This document shows positions 62,574 through 64,000 of a stretch of 64,000 bases of DNA, piece by piece (positions within the stretch are counted from its first letter, which is position 1; every line of letters begins with the position of its first letter). The stretch comes from Clostridia bacterium (GTDB lineage Bacteria > Bacillota > Clostridia > Oscillospirales > CAG-272): positions 5,856 to 69,855 of the forward strand of contig JAFQRL010000004.1 in assembly GCA_017410065.1 (NCBI GenBank), written 5' to 3'. Position numbers and translations under genes: made by a program. The notes below the pieces were generated by a model. That model made no database searches, had not been told where the DNA came from, and was given only the letters and a program-made list of their open reading frames with translations.

Positions 62574-63890
62574 TTATTTATCCAAGAGGCAGGATACACC
62601 GGGGAGATCCTTACCCTCAAGGAATTCAAGAGATGCTCCACCGCCTGTGGAAATGTGAGTGATCTTGGGTGCGAAGCCGAGCTGCTCGCAAGCTGCTGCG
62701 GAGTCGCCGCCCCCTACGATCGTGATGGCATCACTGGAGGCGAGAGCCTCTGCTACGGCAATGGTACCCTTTGCAAGAGTGGGGTTCTCGAATACGCCCA
62801 TAGGACCGTTCCAGATTACGGTCTTTGCCGCAAGAACTGCATCGGAGAAGAGCTTTGCTGTCTTGGGACCGATATCAAGTCCTTCCTTATCTGCGGGGAT
62901 CTTATCGGAATCAACGTACTCAACGTCGATAGGACCGTCGATAGGATCGGGGAAGCTGTCTGCAATTGCGGTGTCGATGGGAAGAAGAAGCTTAACGCCC
63001 TTCTCCTCTGCCTTCTTCATCATCTCGCGGCAGTAATCAAGCTTGGTTTCGTCAAGAAGAGACTTACCAACACAACAGCCCTTTGCAGCGGCGAAGGTGA
63101 ATGCCATACCGCCACCGATGATGAGAGTGTCTACCTTTGTGAGAAGGTTATCGATAACGTTGAGCTTATCAGCAACCTTTGCACCGCCGAGGATAGCAAC
63201 GAAGGGACGCTCGGGAGACTCAAGAGCCTTGCCCATTACGGAGAGCTCCTTCTCGATAAGGTAGCCGCAAACGGCGGGGATATAATCAGCAACGCCTGCT
63301 GTGGATGCGTGAGCTCTGTGAGCCGCACCGAAAGCATCGTTTACAAAGATATCGGCATAGGAAGCAAGCTCCTTTGCGAAGTCTGCACCGTTCTTCTCTT
63401 CTCTTGCATCAAATCTGGTGTTCTCAAGGAGGACTGCATAGCCGGGCTTGAGAGCGGCAACCTTTGCCTTTGCGTCCTCGCCGATGATGTCCTCAGCGAA
63501 AACTACCTTCTCTGCGCCAAGGAGCTCGTTGAGTCTTGCGCAAACGGGCTTGAGGGTGAGCTTCTTCTTATCAGCCGCGGGAGCCTTTGCAAGGTACTCT
63601 GCGGTAGCCTGAGCGCGCTCGGACTCGGGAAGCTTCTCAACAGCCTTCTTTTCCTTCTTTGTGAGACCGAAGCCCTCGGTGAGGATATTGTGGGGCTTGC
63701 CCATATGGGAGCAGAGGATAACCTTTGCGCCTGCGTCAAGAAGATACTTGACTGTGGGAAGCGCACCGACGATTCTCTTATCGGAGGTGATAACGCCGTC
63801 CTTCATAGGTACGTTGAAATCGCAACGGACAAGGACCGTTTTGCCCGCGACAGCAACGTCTTCAATGTTCTTTTTGTTGTAGGTTGCCAT
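62574..63890 (-). CDS. pgk: phosphoglycerate kinase
   Basis: [34 protein letters not shown] and [12 protein letters not shown] motifs. The start is set at ATG 63890; the ORF-track start at 63992 adds an implausible 34 aa. Confidence 0.95.
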   Translation of the reverse strand: MATYNKKNIEDVAVAGKTVLVRCDFNVPMKDGVITSDKRIVGALPTVKYLLDAGAKVILCSHMGKPHNILTEGFGLTKKEKKAVEKLPESERAQATAEYLAKAPAADKKKLTLKPVCARLNELLGAEKVVFAEDIIGEDAKAKVAALKPGYAVLLENTRFDAREEKNGADFAKELASYADIFVNDAFGAAHRAHASTAGVADYIPAVCGYLIEKELSVMGKALESPERPFVAILGGAKVADKLNVIDNLLTKVDTLIIGGGMAFTFAAAKGCCVGKSLLDETKLDYCREMMKKAEEKGVKLLLPIDTAIADSFPDPIDGPIDVEYVDSDKIPADKEGLDIGPKTAKLFSDAVLAAKTVIWNGPMGVFENPTLAKGTIAVAEALASSDAITIVGGGDSAAACEQLGFAPKITHISTGGGASLEFLEGKDLPGVSCLLDK

Positions 63891-64000
63891 TGTTTTTTTC
63901 TCCTTTTTATAGATAAAAAATTTATAAGCTGTATTAAGATGCGGCAAGTGAAGCTCAAAAGCCCCATCCTCTGCCATTTTATATTTTATCACAAAAGCGC

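Overview
A 64-kb chromosomal segment that looks like Bacillota, class Clostridia. The evidence is spoVG, remA, nrdR and the conserved block yicC-remA-rpoZ-priA-def-fmt-rsmB-rlmN-rsgA. Almost all genes are on the minus strand and most are housekeeping: rplJ (truncated at the window edge), translation and RNA-modification genes, pnp, rpsO, fhs, rpmF, murC, spoVG, tpiA, pgk, mgtE, tRNA-Thr and tRNA-Tyr. Three regions stand out.

1. An AT-rich island at about 17.3-25.1 kb. It carries one tightly packed seven-gene operon: an XRE/C-protein, Vsr, an m5C methyltransferase, an HpaII-like restriction endonuclease, two further m5C methyltransferases, and a 557-aa GHKL (MutL/MORC-like) ATPase with a C-terminal R-x4-H (HEPN-type) motif. 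A frameshifted TnpV-family gene sits upstream, and no recombinase is visible. This is my best candidate for an undescribed methylation-linked defence module.

2. A recombination scar downstream of tRNA-Tyr (44.3-45.8 kb). It has 20/21-nt direct repeats, an array of ATATCATCA-plus-hairpin modules, and a 362-bp palindromic element packed with GTGAAAT-plus-mini-hairpin modules.

3. Two tandem secreted EndA-family nucleases preceded by a translationally coupled small cytoplasmic ORF (45.9-49.4 kb).

The window also contains a dispersed nested-hairpin repeat family that always lies in the 3' regions of minus-strand genes. There are several short tandem repeats abutting stop codons, and the mgtE leader does not look like a canonical M-box. 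All functional calls come from motif recognition by eye; no searches were run.
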